Positions 1 to 12,189 of a stretch of DNA of 64,000 nt are shown piece by piece. Below the pieces are notes generated by a model. That model had not been told where the DNA came from, ran no database searches, and was given only the letters and a program-made list of their open reading frames with translations. The translations under genes and the position numbers were made by a program. Origin of the DNA: Eledone cirrhosa (Eukaryota); the NCBI GenBank assembly GCA_964016885.1, contig OZ024761.1, positions 1,178,001 through 1,242,000 on the forward strand, in the 5' to 3' direction. The stretch's first letter is position 1, and each line of letters opens with the position of its first letter.

Positions 1-34
1 TGTCGTCTGTAACAGAGACGGACTTTAATCATAT

Positions 35-65
<31 letters not shown>

Positions 66-165
66 CACGCACACCTACATATATATATATATATACGCAC
101 ACCTACATATATATATATATATATATATATACACACGCCTACATATATATATATATACACACACC

Positions 166-227
<62 letters not shown>

Positions 228-565
228 CACACCTACATATATACATATATATATATAAATGAGAGGTATAGAGATTGTTTTAGCAAGAAGCTAACGGCAT
301 TCTATAACATATATGCGACTATAACGTCAAGATGGGAAAAGTAGTTAACGAAAGATTTAGGAAAAATAACTCAAACTCATCTCAAAAGAGAATCAGGATA
401 TAAATTCATCCACAGAATTTAGTAAAATCCAGGGATATACATACATGCTTACATAAATATATACATATATACAAACATACATATATATATAAACATATAT
501 ACATATGTGCATATATATCCATGTACATATACACATCTGTGTATGTATGTATTTGTGTACGTATG

Positions 566-844
566 CAGGGTTGGAATTAGACCTTTGAGGGCACTTCAAA
601 TTTAGGAGGCCCTTCATATACAAATAATTAGAATACACAGCAAACCCCCTAATTTTACATATCAAAGTTAGCTTGGCGCAAGTAAATGGAATTGAAACGT
701 TATACATACAGGTGTTAAATTTCACAAATATTAACCACCCTAAAGCTAAAAAGCCGAGCTGAGGACACAAAAGAATTGCTACAGCCATCGCAGCAAGGGA
801 CCCGGGGCAATTGCCCCCTTTGTGACCCATTAAATCCGGCCCTG
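566..844. mobile_element. hAT-like MITE
   Basis: Imperfect terminal inverted repeats CAGGGTTGGAATTA / TAAATCCGGCCCTG. Flanked by a near-identical 8-mer (tacgtatg / tatgtatg) inside a (TATG)n tract. An 8-bp TSD with CAG ends is typical of hAT. Confidence 0.6.
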
Positions 845-1474
845 TATGTATGCGTATTTGTATGTATGTATGTATGTACGTATCTATGTATGTATGTGTG
901 TATATATGCATGTGTGTATATATGCGTGTATGGGTGTATGTATCTATATATGTATGTATATGTGTATGTATGTATATGTGTATATATGTATGTGTGTATG
1001 TATGCATGAATGCGTGTATGTGTGTATGTATGTATTTATGTATGTATGTATGCATGCACGTATGTATGTATGCTTATATGTATGTATGTATGTATGCTTA
1101 TATGTATGTACGTATGTATGTATGCTTATATGTATGTATGTATGCTTATGTATGTACGTATGTATGTATGCTTATATGTATGTATGTATGCTTATGTATG
1201 CACGTATGTATGCTGATATGTATGTATAATCTCGTGAGAATGGCGTATGAATGTGCAGGTGTTTGACCAACTGAACCAACTTTGTGAAAAGTGGTTGAGT
1301 TTTCCAAAGGCACGTGTACCTCTAAGATAAAGTGGCATAATACTAGATGACAAAGCGGCACTTTCGAATTACAGGTTCAGCCCATAAGATGGGCTTCCAC
1401 ACTAACACCCTCTACCAAGTTTTACGCCCGGACATATACATACATACATACGTAAGTACGTACACACACACATA

Positions 1475-1630
1475 CATGGTGGCTGCCAACTCGTTTTCGA
1501 GTACGGCCACTACTTTATATCCATGTAGGAGAACCCCTACCGATGCGCTGAACGAGTGTGACTTTTTAGTCCAGCCAGCGACTTGAAAACTCTGGTACAA
1601 ACACTACACTTGTGACAATTATTGACACAA
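1475..1630 (-). mobile_element. 3' end fragment of RTE-type LINE (C2H2 knuckle + (ATGT)n tail)
   Basis: Translates CSVCTRVFKSLAGLKSHTRSAHR* followed by a short UTR and an (ATGT)n tail. Reverse complement of 3668-3822. Confidence 0.6.
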
Positions 1631-1634
1631 TACA

Positions 1635-1668
<34 letters not shown>

Positions 1669-1856
1669 CATGCATACATACATGCATACATACATACATG
1701 CATACATACATACATACATACATATATGCATACATACATATGCATATATACACATGCATACATACGTATATACATATATAGATATATATACAGATACATA
1801 AATACATGCATACACACACATATGTACATACGAACATATATATATATATGCACATT

Positions 1857-1893
<37 letters not shown>

Positions 1894-2317
1894 AATATAA
1901 GGTTTTTTTTTATTTTAAAGTACTTTACTGCGATCTTACCCATGGTCAATTCTGATCCTTATTTGACATAGTTCTATATTTGTGTGTAGGTGTGCGTGTG
2001 TGTGTGTGTGTGCGCGCGCGTACGTGTGCGTGTGTTTATGTATCTCTCTCATTCTCTCTCTCTCTCTCAATATATATATATATATATATATTTCAATCAT
2101 ATCTCATTTTGTTTGACCCGTTTGGCTTGTCCGCTTTTTTGGCTATGGTGGTTAATGGCTTCTTAACCATCGTTTCAGCGTGTGTGACTATTTTAACTTA
2201 TGTTTATAGCTCTGGTATCTTCTTCTTCATATACATGGAGCGCTTGTCTGCACAATATGGAGGTTGCGTTTCGCTAATTTCTACCCGCCGAAATGCGATT
2301 CTCGCTAAATTTATATT

Positions 2318-2398
<81 letters not shown>

Positions 2399-2785
2399 CG
2401 AAGATACTGGGTTGTATGAATGTAACAAGGAGACATGGTTTGTGTGTATAATATTTAATTAACAATCATGGATATAGATAGAACAGTATAGTTGACATGT
2501 CAAAGTAATAGATGATAGAATGAAGCAAAGTTAGTAGTTACCGTTTTGATTGCCAGGCAAACGCGAGACGCCTGGCGAAGGCCAGGCGCCGGAAGGGCAA
2601 ATGAGAGGGAGAGAGCCGAGAGCTATTCGTTTTATAGGGCTCTGCCGGAAGTTACAGAAAGGTTCTACTTCCCGTCTAGATGTTAATCTATTGGGGTTGT
2701 GAGTCACAACAAGGGAGACAACCGCTACATATATATAATCAAATAACAGGAGGCTGGACTGGTGTAAATCCTTGAAAGGTTTATT

Positions 2786-2843
2786 ATACTATGATCATTT
2801 CAATTACCGGGTTCGGTATGAATCCGGTGACATCATCAGGTAT
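2786..2843 (-). ncRNA. Minimal type-I hammerhead ribozyme
   Basis: Minus strand reads atac-CTGATGA-tgtcaccggattcataccgaacccggtaatt-GAAA-TGATCA-TA-gtat. 4-bp stem I, long stem II, palindromic stem III, AUA cleavage triplet. Confidence 0.8.
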
Positions 2844-3061
2844 TCAAAATATAACAAACGAATATAACAGATAAAATCCATGGGGCTGAAAATCAGAGAC
2901 AAGAGGACGACCGACTATTTAGCAGCTTCTATCTCAGTCGGCCGCCCTCGAGTAACATGTATATATATATATGTATATATATGTCTGATGGTAACTAAAA
3001 TGCTTGCATAGGCGGTATGTCGATTGAGCACTCTATGCTCTTACAGAGCAGAGTATGATTG

Positions 3062-3342
3062 AATAGAAAACGAAAAATCAATGATGCATCTGAACTCAAT
3101 TTATTGTGTGTTACAATTGTTTCCCCGGCGGACAGCTCGAGACGTGATCATTGTGTGGATCTGTCTGATTCTGGACCCAGGTTCGACGGACACTCTAATG
3201 ATTTCGGAGCATATTCCCTCCAACCTGCGGGTCCAGAATCAGACAGATCCACACAATGATCACGTCTCGAGCTGTCCGCCGGGGGAACAATTGTAAAACA
3301 CAATAAATTGAGTTCAGATGCATCACTGATTTTTCGTTTTCT

Positions 3343-3345
<3 letters not shown>
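3062..3345. mobile_element. Fold-back Penelope-like terminal-repeat cassette
   Basis: ~117-bp inverted arms (3062-3178 / 3229-3345) between TA-rich microsatellites. Contains a variant hammerhead. Confidence 0.6.
3108..3193 (-). ncRNA. Variant-core hammerhead-like motif
   Basis: gtgt-CCGTCGA-a-cctgg...ccggg-GAAA-CAATTG-TA-acac. All three stems form, but the core deviates from CUGANGA at positions 4 and 6. Confidence 0.45.
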
Positions 3346-3380
<35 letters not shown>

Positions 3381-3667
3381 TGTATGTATGTATGTATGTA
3401 TGTATGTATCCGGGAGAGATGACCCCTTAGCCTTTGTTAAGGCAGAATTCTAGGAGAAGGAAAACTCTGATATAACACCTGCAACCCTGATGGTATCCAA
3501 TGATGTTGACTTGTTCTTCTTTTTGGTAAATATCATCTTGGTTAAGAGAGTGGGACTGGCTTTGTGCAGTGCCTTTGCTCACTATAAAAGCTTCACAGCA
3601 CAGGCATTGCTTTATATCTGGAGATCTCTCTGCACTTGTCATCACATGGTACCATGGGCCCTGCACT

Positions 3668-3822
3668 ATGTGTCAATAATGGTCACAAGTGTAGTCTTTG
3701 TACCAGAGTTTTCAAGTCGCTGGCTGGACTAAAAAGTCACATTCGTTCAGAGCATCGGTAGGGGTTCTCCTACATGGATATAAAGTAGTGGCCGTACTCG
3801 AAAACGAGTTGGCAGCCACCAT
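3668..3822 (+). mobile_element. 3' end fragment of RTE-type LINE
   Basis: CSLCTRVFKSLAGLKSHIRSEHR* then UTR and (ATGT)n tail. Second copy at 1475-1630. Confidence 0.6.
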
Positions 3823-3974
3823 GTATGTATGTATGTATGTATGTATGTATGTATGTATGTATGTATGTATGTATGTATGTATGTATATGTGTGTGTATAT
3901 ATTATATATGTAAATATCTAGGCAGTTATACAAATACACCTCAACATCTACATATATATATATACATACAAAAG

Positions 3975-4286
3975 ATCACCATCACCACCACCATCAGCAA
4001 TAATAGTAACCGCAACAACAACAATAAAAACAACAACAACAACAACACCGCCTCCACCTCCACCACTCACAGCAGTAACAACAACAACAGCAACACCGCC
4101 TCCACCAACAACGACAACACCAACAATATGAACAGTAGTAACAATAACAGTAACAACAATAACAACAGCACCACCATTGCCTCCACCACCACGAGCAACA
4201 ACAACAATAACAACAACAACAGTAATAACAGCAACGCCGCCAACACCACCACCACCACCAACAACAACAGTAACAACAGCAGCAGC

Positions 4287-4317
<31 letters not shown>

Positions 4318-4430
4318 GTAACAACAGCAGCAGCAGCACCACCACCACCAACAACAACAACAGTAACAACAGCAGCAGCACCACCACCACCACCAACAAC
4401 AACACCAACAACAACAGTAACAACAACAAT
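3975..4430. repeat. (AAC/CAC/AGC)n trinucleotide low-complexity tract
   Basis: Direct reading. Confidence 0.9.
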
Positions 4431-4750
4431 ATACCGTGTGCCCTATTTTCACAAAGATATATTTATTTAAGGAACTCAGATATGTTCACCTTGGACTAAA
4501 TAAATATTGATGTTGTTGTTCTTGTCGTCATCGTCATCGGGCCTCCTCCCCCTCCTCATTCACCCCCATTAACCCCCCCCCCCCCCCACACACACTTCCT
4601 CCTCCTGTTGTTGTTATTGTTGTTTTGTTTTACCCTACTTCACTCTTCATTCAGAAGACCTATGTGTGATCAAAGAAAGGAATTTCAGCTGTGACCAACC
4701 TGTCTTTTATTCAGGCATAGTGTACCTTGGACTACATTATTTAAGGACTT

Positions 4751-4912
4751 AGGGTCGGACGCCATGCTTTCTAGCATAGCTACGTCCCTTTACATTCTGA
4801 GTTCAAATCCCGCCGAGGTTAACTTTGCCTTTCATCCTTACGGGGTCGATAAAATAAAGTACCAGTAATGCACTGGGTAATTGATGGCCTTGTGCCAAAA
4901 GTGGAAACAATT
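4751..4912 (+). mobile_element. tRNA-derived SINE family A, 5'-truncated
   Basis: B-box GAGTTCAAATCCC and conserved block gcctttcatccttacggggtcgataaaataaagtaccag. attatttaagg is duplicated on both sides. Confidence 0.8.
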
Positions 4913-6254
4913 ATTTAAGGTCTTGTCTTTTTGTTGATGTTGTTTAACTCCATTCCAGGTCTTATTGTGTAGAACTGTGATCAAAGTTGTTGCAGCTGTG
5001 ACCATCTTGTCTATTATTCAGACATAGTGTACCTTGGACTACATTATTTAATGTGTCTTGTCTTTTTGTTGATGTTGTTTCACCCAGTTCAGGTCTTATT
5101 GAGTAGACTAACTATCAAAGGTGCTCCAGCTGTGACCATCCTGCCTTTTATTCAGACATAGAGTACCTAGGACTACATTATCTAATGTATCTACCGTCAC
5201 TGAGTAGACTATCAAAGGTTTTCCAGCTGTGACCATCCTGCCTTTTATTCAGACATAGTGTACCTAGGACTACATTATCTAATGTATCTACCGTCACTGA
5301 GTAGACTATCAAAGGTTTTCCAGCTGTGACCATCCTGCCTTTTATTCAGACATAGTGTACCTAGGACTACATTATCTAATGTATCTACCGTCACTGAGTA
5401 GACTATCAAAGGTTTTCCAGCTGTGACCATCCTGCCTTTTATTCAGACATAGTGTACCTAGGACTACATTATCTAATGTATCTACCGTCACTGAGTAGAC
5501 TATCAAAGGTTTTCCAGCTGTGACCATCCTGTCTTTTATTCAGACATAGTGTACCTAGGACTACATTATCTAATGTATCTACCGTCACTGAGTAGACTAT
5601 CAAAGGTTTTCCAGCTGTGACCATCCTGCCTTTTATTCAGACATAGTGTACCTAGGACTACATTATCTAATGTATTTACCGTCACTGAGTAGACTATCAA
5701 AGGTTTTCCAGCTGTGACCATCCTGTCTTTTATTCAGACATAGTGTACCTAGGACTACATTATCTAATGTATCTACCGTCACTGAGTAGACTATCAAAGG
5801 TTTTCCAGCTGTGACCATCCTGTCTTTTATTCAGACATAGTGTACCTAGGACTACATTATCTAATGTATCTACCGTCACTGAGTAGACTATCAAAGGTTT
5901 TCCAGCTGTGACCATCCTGTCTTTTATTCAGACATAGTGTACCTAGGACTACATTATCTAATGTATCTACCGTCACTGAGTAGACTATCAAAGGTTTTCC
6001 AGCTGTGACCATCCTGCCTTTTATTCAGACATAGTGTACCTAGGACTACATTATCTAATGTATCTACCGTCACTGAGTAGACTATCAAAGGTTTTCCAGC
6101 TGTGACCATCCTGTCTTTTATTCAGACATAGTGTACCTAGGACTACATTATCTAATGTGACTTAACTTGTTGTTTAACCCCAGGTCTCATTGAGCAGACT
6201 TAACTATCAAAGGTGTTCCAGTTGTGACCAACTTGTCTTATATTCAGACATAAT

Positions 6255-6440
6255 TGTTTCTACTTTTGGCACAAGGCCAGCAATTACCCAGTACATTACT
6301 GGTACTTTATTTTATCCACCCCATAAGGATGAAAGGCAAAGTTAACCTCGGCGGGATTTGAACTCAGAAGGGCAAGGGCCGTAACTCTATGCGTCAAAGC
6401 ATGGCGTCCGACCCTCTACCGATACTGCCAATCGACCGCC
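6255..6440 (-). mobile_element. SINE family A, full length, 18-bp TSD
   Basis: A-box (tggcagtatcgg) and B-box on the minus strand. TSD cttatattcagacataat at 6237-6254 and 6441-6458. Confidence 0.9.
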
Positions 6441-6607
6441 CTTATATTCAGACATAATGTACCTAGGACTACATCAGTATGGTGTGACGTAGCGTTGTTA
6501 TTTAGCCCTATGCCAGGTTTAATTGAATAGACCTATAATCCAATGCATTCCAGCCACGACCATCCTGTCTTTCAGATATAGTACATCCATGACCACATTA
6601 TATTGTA

Positions 6608-6756
6608 TGCTTTGTAGCATAGTTACGTCCCTTTACGATCTGAGTTCAAATCCCGCCGAGGTTGACTTTGCCTTTCATCCTTACGGGGGTCGATAAAATA
6701 AAGTACCAGTAATGCACTGGGTAATTGCTGGCCTGTGCCTAAAGTAGAAACAATTA
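6608..6756 (+). mobile_element. SINE family A, 5'-truncated
   Basis: Same B-box and central block. Confidence 0.8.
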
Positions 6757-6959
6757 TATTGAATACACATATCTTCTGTAGGGTATGGTTTGATGGAGAT
6801 TTGGCTGTTATTTTTAGCAAAAAAAACTCATAGTTCATCGCATTTTTATTAGTAAGTTACTCTCTTCCCCCTCTATCTTTCTCAGTAGAACGACGTAAAT
6901 ATAATTCAAAGGGGAAAGTTTGTCCCTATTCCAGAGTTCAGTAATTCTCAGGGAGATTC

Positions 6960-7175
6960 AGCATTACACAGTGTATGGTAAGACTGGTCCTTTGAATTAC
7001 GGGTTCAGTTCATCCGACGGGCATCCACACAGTTTCCGCCTACACAATTTCATTCACAAGGCTTGGGTCAACCCTAGGCTATAGTAAATGCCATTTGCCC
7101 TGATATACTATGCAGTAGGATCGAACCTTTGACATCACCATTGCGAAACAAATCAATTAACCACTGAGCCATGCT
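6960..7175 (-). mobile_element. Diverged tRNA-derived SINE
   Basis: Minus strand reads gcatggctcagtgg (A box) ... ggttcgatcc (B box). Confidence 0.5.
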
Positions 7176-7640
7176 TGCGCCTGGTTTCCTGTAGTATTAA
7201 GCAACTGGAAGTCCGAAACTTTGTGCCATACCATGGATAGGACGCCAGTCCATTAATATGTTATCTTCCCAGCTAAAGTTGCTGGCACTCATTCCACCGT
7301 CACCAGCAGAATGGACTGGAGCAAGGCAAAATGAATGAAGTGACTTGTTCAAGGATACAAGCTGCTGCATGATCCACCTCAACACCCCTGCTTCAGTCCG
7401 GCCTGGTCCCGGAAATTGAGCCAATAACCTGACGTTTGTCAGTCTACCATCCGAACCATAAGGCGGCATGCCATCCGCTTTTATTCTTGAAAGAGAGAGA
7501 GAGAGAGAGAGAGAGTAATTACGCTGTTGTTAATCACGTGGTATATTTACATCAGCTTAAATGTATGTTTACTGAACGTAAGCATTTACGTTTATTTACA
7601 CACCTCATATATATAATCAATATATACAATATATATATAT

Positions 7641-7793
7641 CAGACCTGTTAACTCTCCCCGTTCAAGGGGAGATCTCTCACCCACTTTGAAAATGGGTAT
7701 AGCTTTCATTATGTAAAACCTCCCACATTTCTCCCTGCTTTGGGGCACTTTTTTTCATGGTACTCCCCGCTTGGGTCTTTAGAGGTTGGCAGG

Positions 7794-7797
<4 letters not shown>
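7641..7797. mobile_element. MITE-like DNA transposon derivative
   Basis: Terminal inverted repeats CAGACCTGTTAAC / GTTGGCAGGTCTG, inserted in (TA)n. Confidence 0.55.
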
Positions 7798-7840
<43 letters not shown>

Positions 7841-7864
7841 CGTGTGTGTGTACACACACACACA

Positions 7865-7948
<84 letters not shown>

Positions 7949-7994
7949 AGGAGGTTATAGTTCACTTGAAGCATTGTGTTATGAGGTATAAACG

Positions 7995-8272
7995 TTAGAA
8001 TATGTGTAATAAGGCCAAGACAATGCAGATATGGACATAGAAAAAAGAATGCAATAGTGAAAGATATTGATGTGAATTCGTCTTCATTAGAGATTTAAAG
8101 ACGCTGGTCTGAGACCTTTACTTCCCTCCGAAGAAGAGATATTATCTCGAAAATTAAGGACATTTAAATAAATTCAAGGTGAAAGACGAATTCACATCAA
8201 TATCTTTCACTATTGCATTCTTTTTTCTATGTCCATATCTGCATTGTCTTGGCCTTATTACACATATTCTAA
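7995..8272. mobile_element. Fold-back cassette with hammerhead-like loop
   Basis: 90-bp perfect inverted arms (7995-8084 / 8183-8272). The loop contains CCGAAGA-a-gagat-att-atctc-GAAA-ATTA (8123-8160). Confidence 0.6.
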
Positions 8273-8529
8273 AATATATATATACTGCTTGGGTTCCACT
8301 TAGCCTTCTATGATAATATGACTATATGACATATGCCGGAAGGTGTAAAGTAATATCATAATTTATGTCATAATTAACTCCGCTGTCGTTATGGCTAGCT
8401 GCTGATGGACGGGTGACTTGGGTTGTGATAACTGTTTTGTTCGGCTGCATTACTTGCATAAACATTCGCTGATTGATCTGCAAATATATTAGTTACAGCA
8501 TACAGCGTGTGTTTGTATGTGTGTGCATA

Positions 8530-8628
<99 letters not shown>

Positions 8629-8772
8629 ATATATATATGCTTACAAATATATAAATGTATAACACACGCGCTCATATGCATACACATACATGCGCACACA
8701 TGTATCTCCCTCCCCCTCTCTCTCTCACTAATATATATGTATGTAAATATGCATATACATATGCATGAACAT

Positions 8773-8844
<72 letters not shown>

Positions 8845-8904
8845 TATATATATATGTATATATATATATGTATATATGTATATATGTATATGTATATATA
8901 TATA

Positions 8905-9180
8905 AAAGTCTGTCTTAAGCCAGAAGGTTCATTTGGCCGGTGCTTATCCCAGTTTCATGGTGTGAAGCGACTGAGAGTACAAGACTCCCCCGGGGACAGG
9001 ATGCCAGTCTATTACAGGGTTAAACCCCCAGATAGTGCTGGTACTCATTTTCAGCTGAGTAAACTGGAGCAACGTGAAATGAAGTGTTTTGCTCAAGAAC
9101 ACAACATACAACCCAGGAATCGAACCCACTACATTAGGATAGTCAGTCTATCACCCTTACCACTAGGCCACGTGCCTCCA
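8905..9180 (-). mobile_element. tRNA-derived SINE family B
   Basis: Minus strand reads tggcctagtgg ... ggttcgattcc, then ttcttgagcaaaacacttcatttcac. Homologous to 23135-23418. Confidence 0.8.
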
Positions 9181-9191
9181 GACACACACGC

Positions 9192-9296
<105 letters not shown>

Positions 9297-9321
9297 AACA
9301 AACACACACACACACACACAT

Positions 9322-9351
<30 letters not shown>

Positions 9352-9355
<4 letters not shown>

Positions 9356-10140
9356 GAAAAAGTTTGTCCTCATCAGTGGCCATCCAACCGTCGTAGGCAT
9401 TTCGTCGCATTAAAGGCCTTTAATGCGACGAAATGCCTATGACGGTTGGATGGCCACTGATGAGGACAAACTTTTTCATATGTAACCCATTTGCAGCGCC
9501 GCAGCTCCATTATTATCATATTTACACATATATTTTTTCCTCCGCTGCCACCAGTCTGTTTCGTTCTTTGTGTCTTTACCCTTTCTAGCAGTCTCTCTCT
9601 GTTACCCTCTTCCTCACCTTTCACTCACTCACTCTCTGTCACTACCTCTCCTCCTCCCCTTTCTTCCCGTTTGACCTGTCCACAATCCTTTTCTCGCGGG
9701 CACTTGACCAAGCCGGTATGAATTTTTTTCTCTCTCTGTCTCGTCTGCGACTTCACAGAACTTATGTTTACCGAATTCGCAGACCAGACCCCTTCTTCCT
9801 CCCGTTAGACCTGTGCGAAATTCCTTCCTTGCTCACATTTCAACCAGGTTTGATGGTCCTTATTCTCTCGTTCACGATTCCACCGAATTTATATTCATAG
9901 AAATCTGGGACTTGTTTCCTTCTTCCTCTCTTTCTGCTGCTTAAACCATTTTGTTTGTTTACCCTAGCGCCCCCTTTATTTACGTGTCCCAACGACTCTT
10001 TTTTAGTCGTTGCTCGCACCAACCTGAGGTATATGGCCTTTAATGCGACGAAATGCCTACGACGGTTGGATGGCCACTGATGAGGACAAACTTTTTCATA
10101 TGTAACCCATTTGCAGCGCCGCAGCTCCATTATTATTATG
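9352..10140 (+). mobile_element. Penelope-like architecture: inverted partial repeat plus direct terminal repeats
   Basis: 130-bp palindrome at 9352-9481 centred on AAAGGCCTTT. 9415-9517 is directly repeated at ~10036-10137. (TA)n on both sides. Confidence 0.6.
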
Positions 10141-10144
10141 TTAC

Positions 10145-10193
<49 letters not shown>

Positions 10194-10570
10194 TTGTTTG
10201 TTTGTGTGTGTTAATTATGACATAAATTATGATATTACTTTACACCTTCCGGCATATGTCATATAGTCATATTATCATAGAAGGCTAAGTGGAACCCAAG
10301 CAGTATATATATATTTAAAAAAAGCTGTTAAAGGGCGAATCAACTCATCAGACTCAACGGTCATCCGATGATATTTGTTTTTGAAATGCGCATAATAAAA
10401 TACATGGAACTCTTTTAACCATATTTTGATCTTATATATATATAATGTAGGAGGTGAGTTTTATTGTAGCACAATAAAGCAATGCAAATATCGGATAAGC
10501 AGCACTCTACAGTTTGTAGGACTGGAGTATAAATAATATAAGATCAAAAGATGGTTAAAATAGTTCCAAG

Positions 10571-10641
10571 TATTTTATTATGCGCATTTCAAAAACAAAT
10601 ATCATCATGGGATGATATCTGCGTTTTCATCAGATAAAATA
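10571..10641 (-). ncRNA. Type-I hammerhead ribozyme
   Basis: tattttat-CTGATGA-(long stem II)-GAAA-TGCGCA-TA-ataaaata. 8-bp stem I. Confidence 0.85.
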
Positions 10642-11995
10642 GGGATACATGATATGAAGCTTAAAAAACACTTGTGAATAGTGAATTTTTAAATCAACAT
10701 ATGAAAAATAATTTTGCTAGCTGAGAAATTTACCATTATATCTAATTTCAATTCTATAATAAATAGACGCACGGATTTATTTTCTCTCTGCTTGCATAAA
10801 TTCCACAGAACATTCCATAAAGTATACAGCTAATATCTAATACCTACTAGTTTAAAATCCTTTTTCTTAAAGGCTTATATATCTTTTAAAAATATACCCT
10901 TCTTTCTACCTTATTTCAATGTTATTTATTATATATTATATAATACAAGTTACTCATTCTATATCACTCCTCTTTATCACTTTCCTTTCTTCCTCTTTTC
11001 TTTTTAATTTCTAACCTCTAATCTCTACTTTTTCTTCCTAACTATTTCTCAATTCTTATTATTACTCACCACAACATTATCCATTCTTCCATCTTTCCTC
11101 ATATCATTGGCCATAAAAATTATTATTATTTTTTTAATACATTATAGTATTACCTTTAATAGTCCTTCGTAAACATAAACATTTTTTTTTTTTTTACGTT
11201 AGATTTTTCTTCCTTAAATTCCTTTATCTCATCCTTTCATGCTAGTTTGACTTTTACATATTACAATACATAAAAACAAACTTAAACCCTAACTAATTTC
11301 TTTTAATATATTATATTATTACCATTAGAAAATATTTCGTAAACATATATATTTTTTGATATTTTCTTCCTGAAACATTCTTTTCTTCTTTGTCTTCTGC
11401 GCTCATTTTTAAACAAACTATTTACGTACAAATATTACGCACATATATTACATTACATAAAAACAAATTTAAACCCTAACTAATTCCTCTAAATTTATAA
11501 CTCATTTATTCTTCTACTTTTTTTCACATTATATCCTTAATAACATTAATATTTTTATTTTAATAATACATATTAATCATTTCTTTTCCTCGCACATATT
11601 AAACCTTTCAATATACACACCTTAATTTAATATTATTCTTAATCCCTTTTTCTCTTCATGCATAAACCTCTTTAATTTTTAATTTCAAATTCTTTTAAAT
11701 TGTCTATTATCTTCCAACGGCTTATTAACTTCTCTCTGTGAGACAATATATATTTTTTTCTCGGTTGTAAAGGCTATCTCTCTCGCTTTATCACCCATCT
11801 CTCCTCCTCTCTCATCCTTCCTTCTTATACTGCTCCCCCACCACTCTTTACTCTCATCTCCTCCTCTTCCTTATTTTTTCCAACCACCCCCTCACTTTTT
11901 TCCAATCTCATACACCAATCTTAAATTATTTTTCATATATTGATTTAAAACTTCACTATTCACAAGTGTTTTTTAAGCTTCATATCATGTATCCC

Positions 11996-12066
11996 TATTT
12001 TATCTGATGAAAACGCAGATATCATCCCATGATTATATTTGTTTTTGAAATGCGCATAATAAAATA
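11996..12066 (+). ncRNA. Type-I hammerhead ribozyme
   Basis: tattttat-CTGATGA-aaacgcagatatcatcccatgattatatttgttttt-GAAA-TGCGCA-TA-ataaaata. Confidence 0.85.
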
Positions 12067-12189
12067 CTTGGAACTCTTTTAACCTTCTTTTGATCTTATA
12101 TATATATATATATATATATATGGCCTCAGCCGGATGGCTGGAACAGGTAAAAGAATAAAAGAGTAGAATATATATATATATATATATAT

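Larger units (their letters stand above)
4655..6600. repeat. 97-bp tandem satellite (homogeneous core ~5113-6158, about 11 units) with diverged flanking units
   Basis: gactatcaaagg recurs at 5207, 5304, 5401 and onward (period 97). Confidence 0.9.
10445..12105. mobile_element. Non-coding Penelope-like element with long inverted hammerhead-bearing termini
   Basis: ~10535-10715 is the reverse complement of ~11922-12105, around a 1.2-kb AT-rich interior. An extra partial copy lies at 10367-10440. Same family as 32770-33160. Confidence 0.7.

Noticed and set aside
6255-6440. tRNA genes
   Set aside because: The A/B boxes belong to SINE heads and no full cloverleaf forms.
10720-11920. Possible coding remnant in the AT-rich interior (e.g. 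VYFMEC on the minus strand)
   Set aside because: Stops in all frames and no run of diagnostic motifs.
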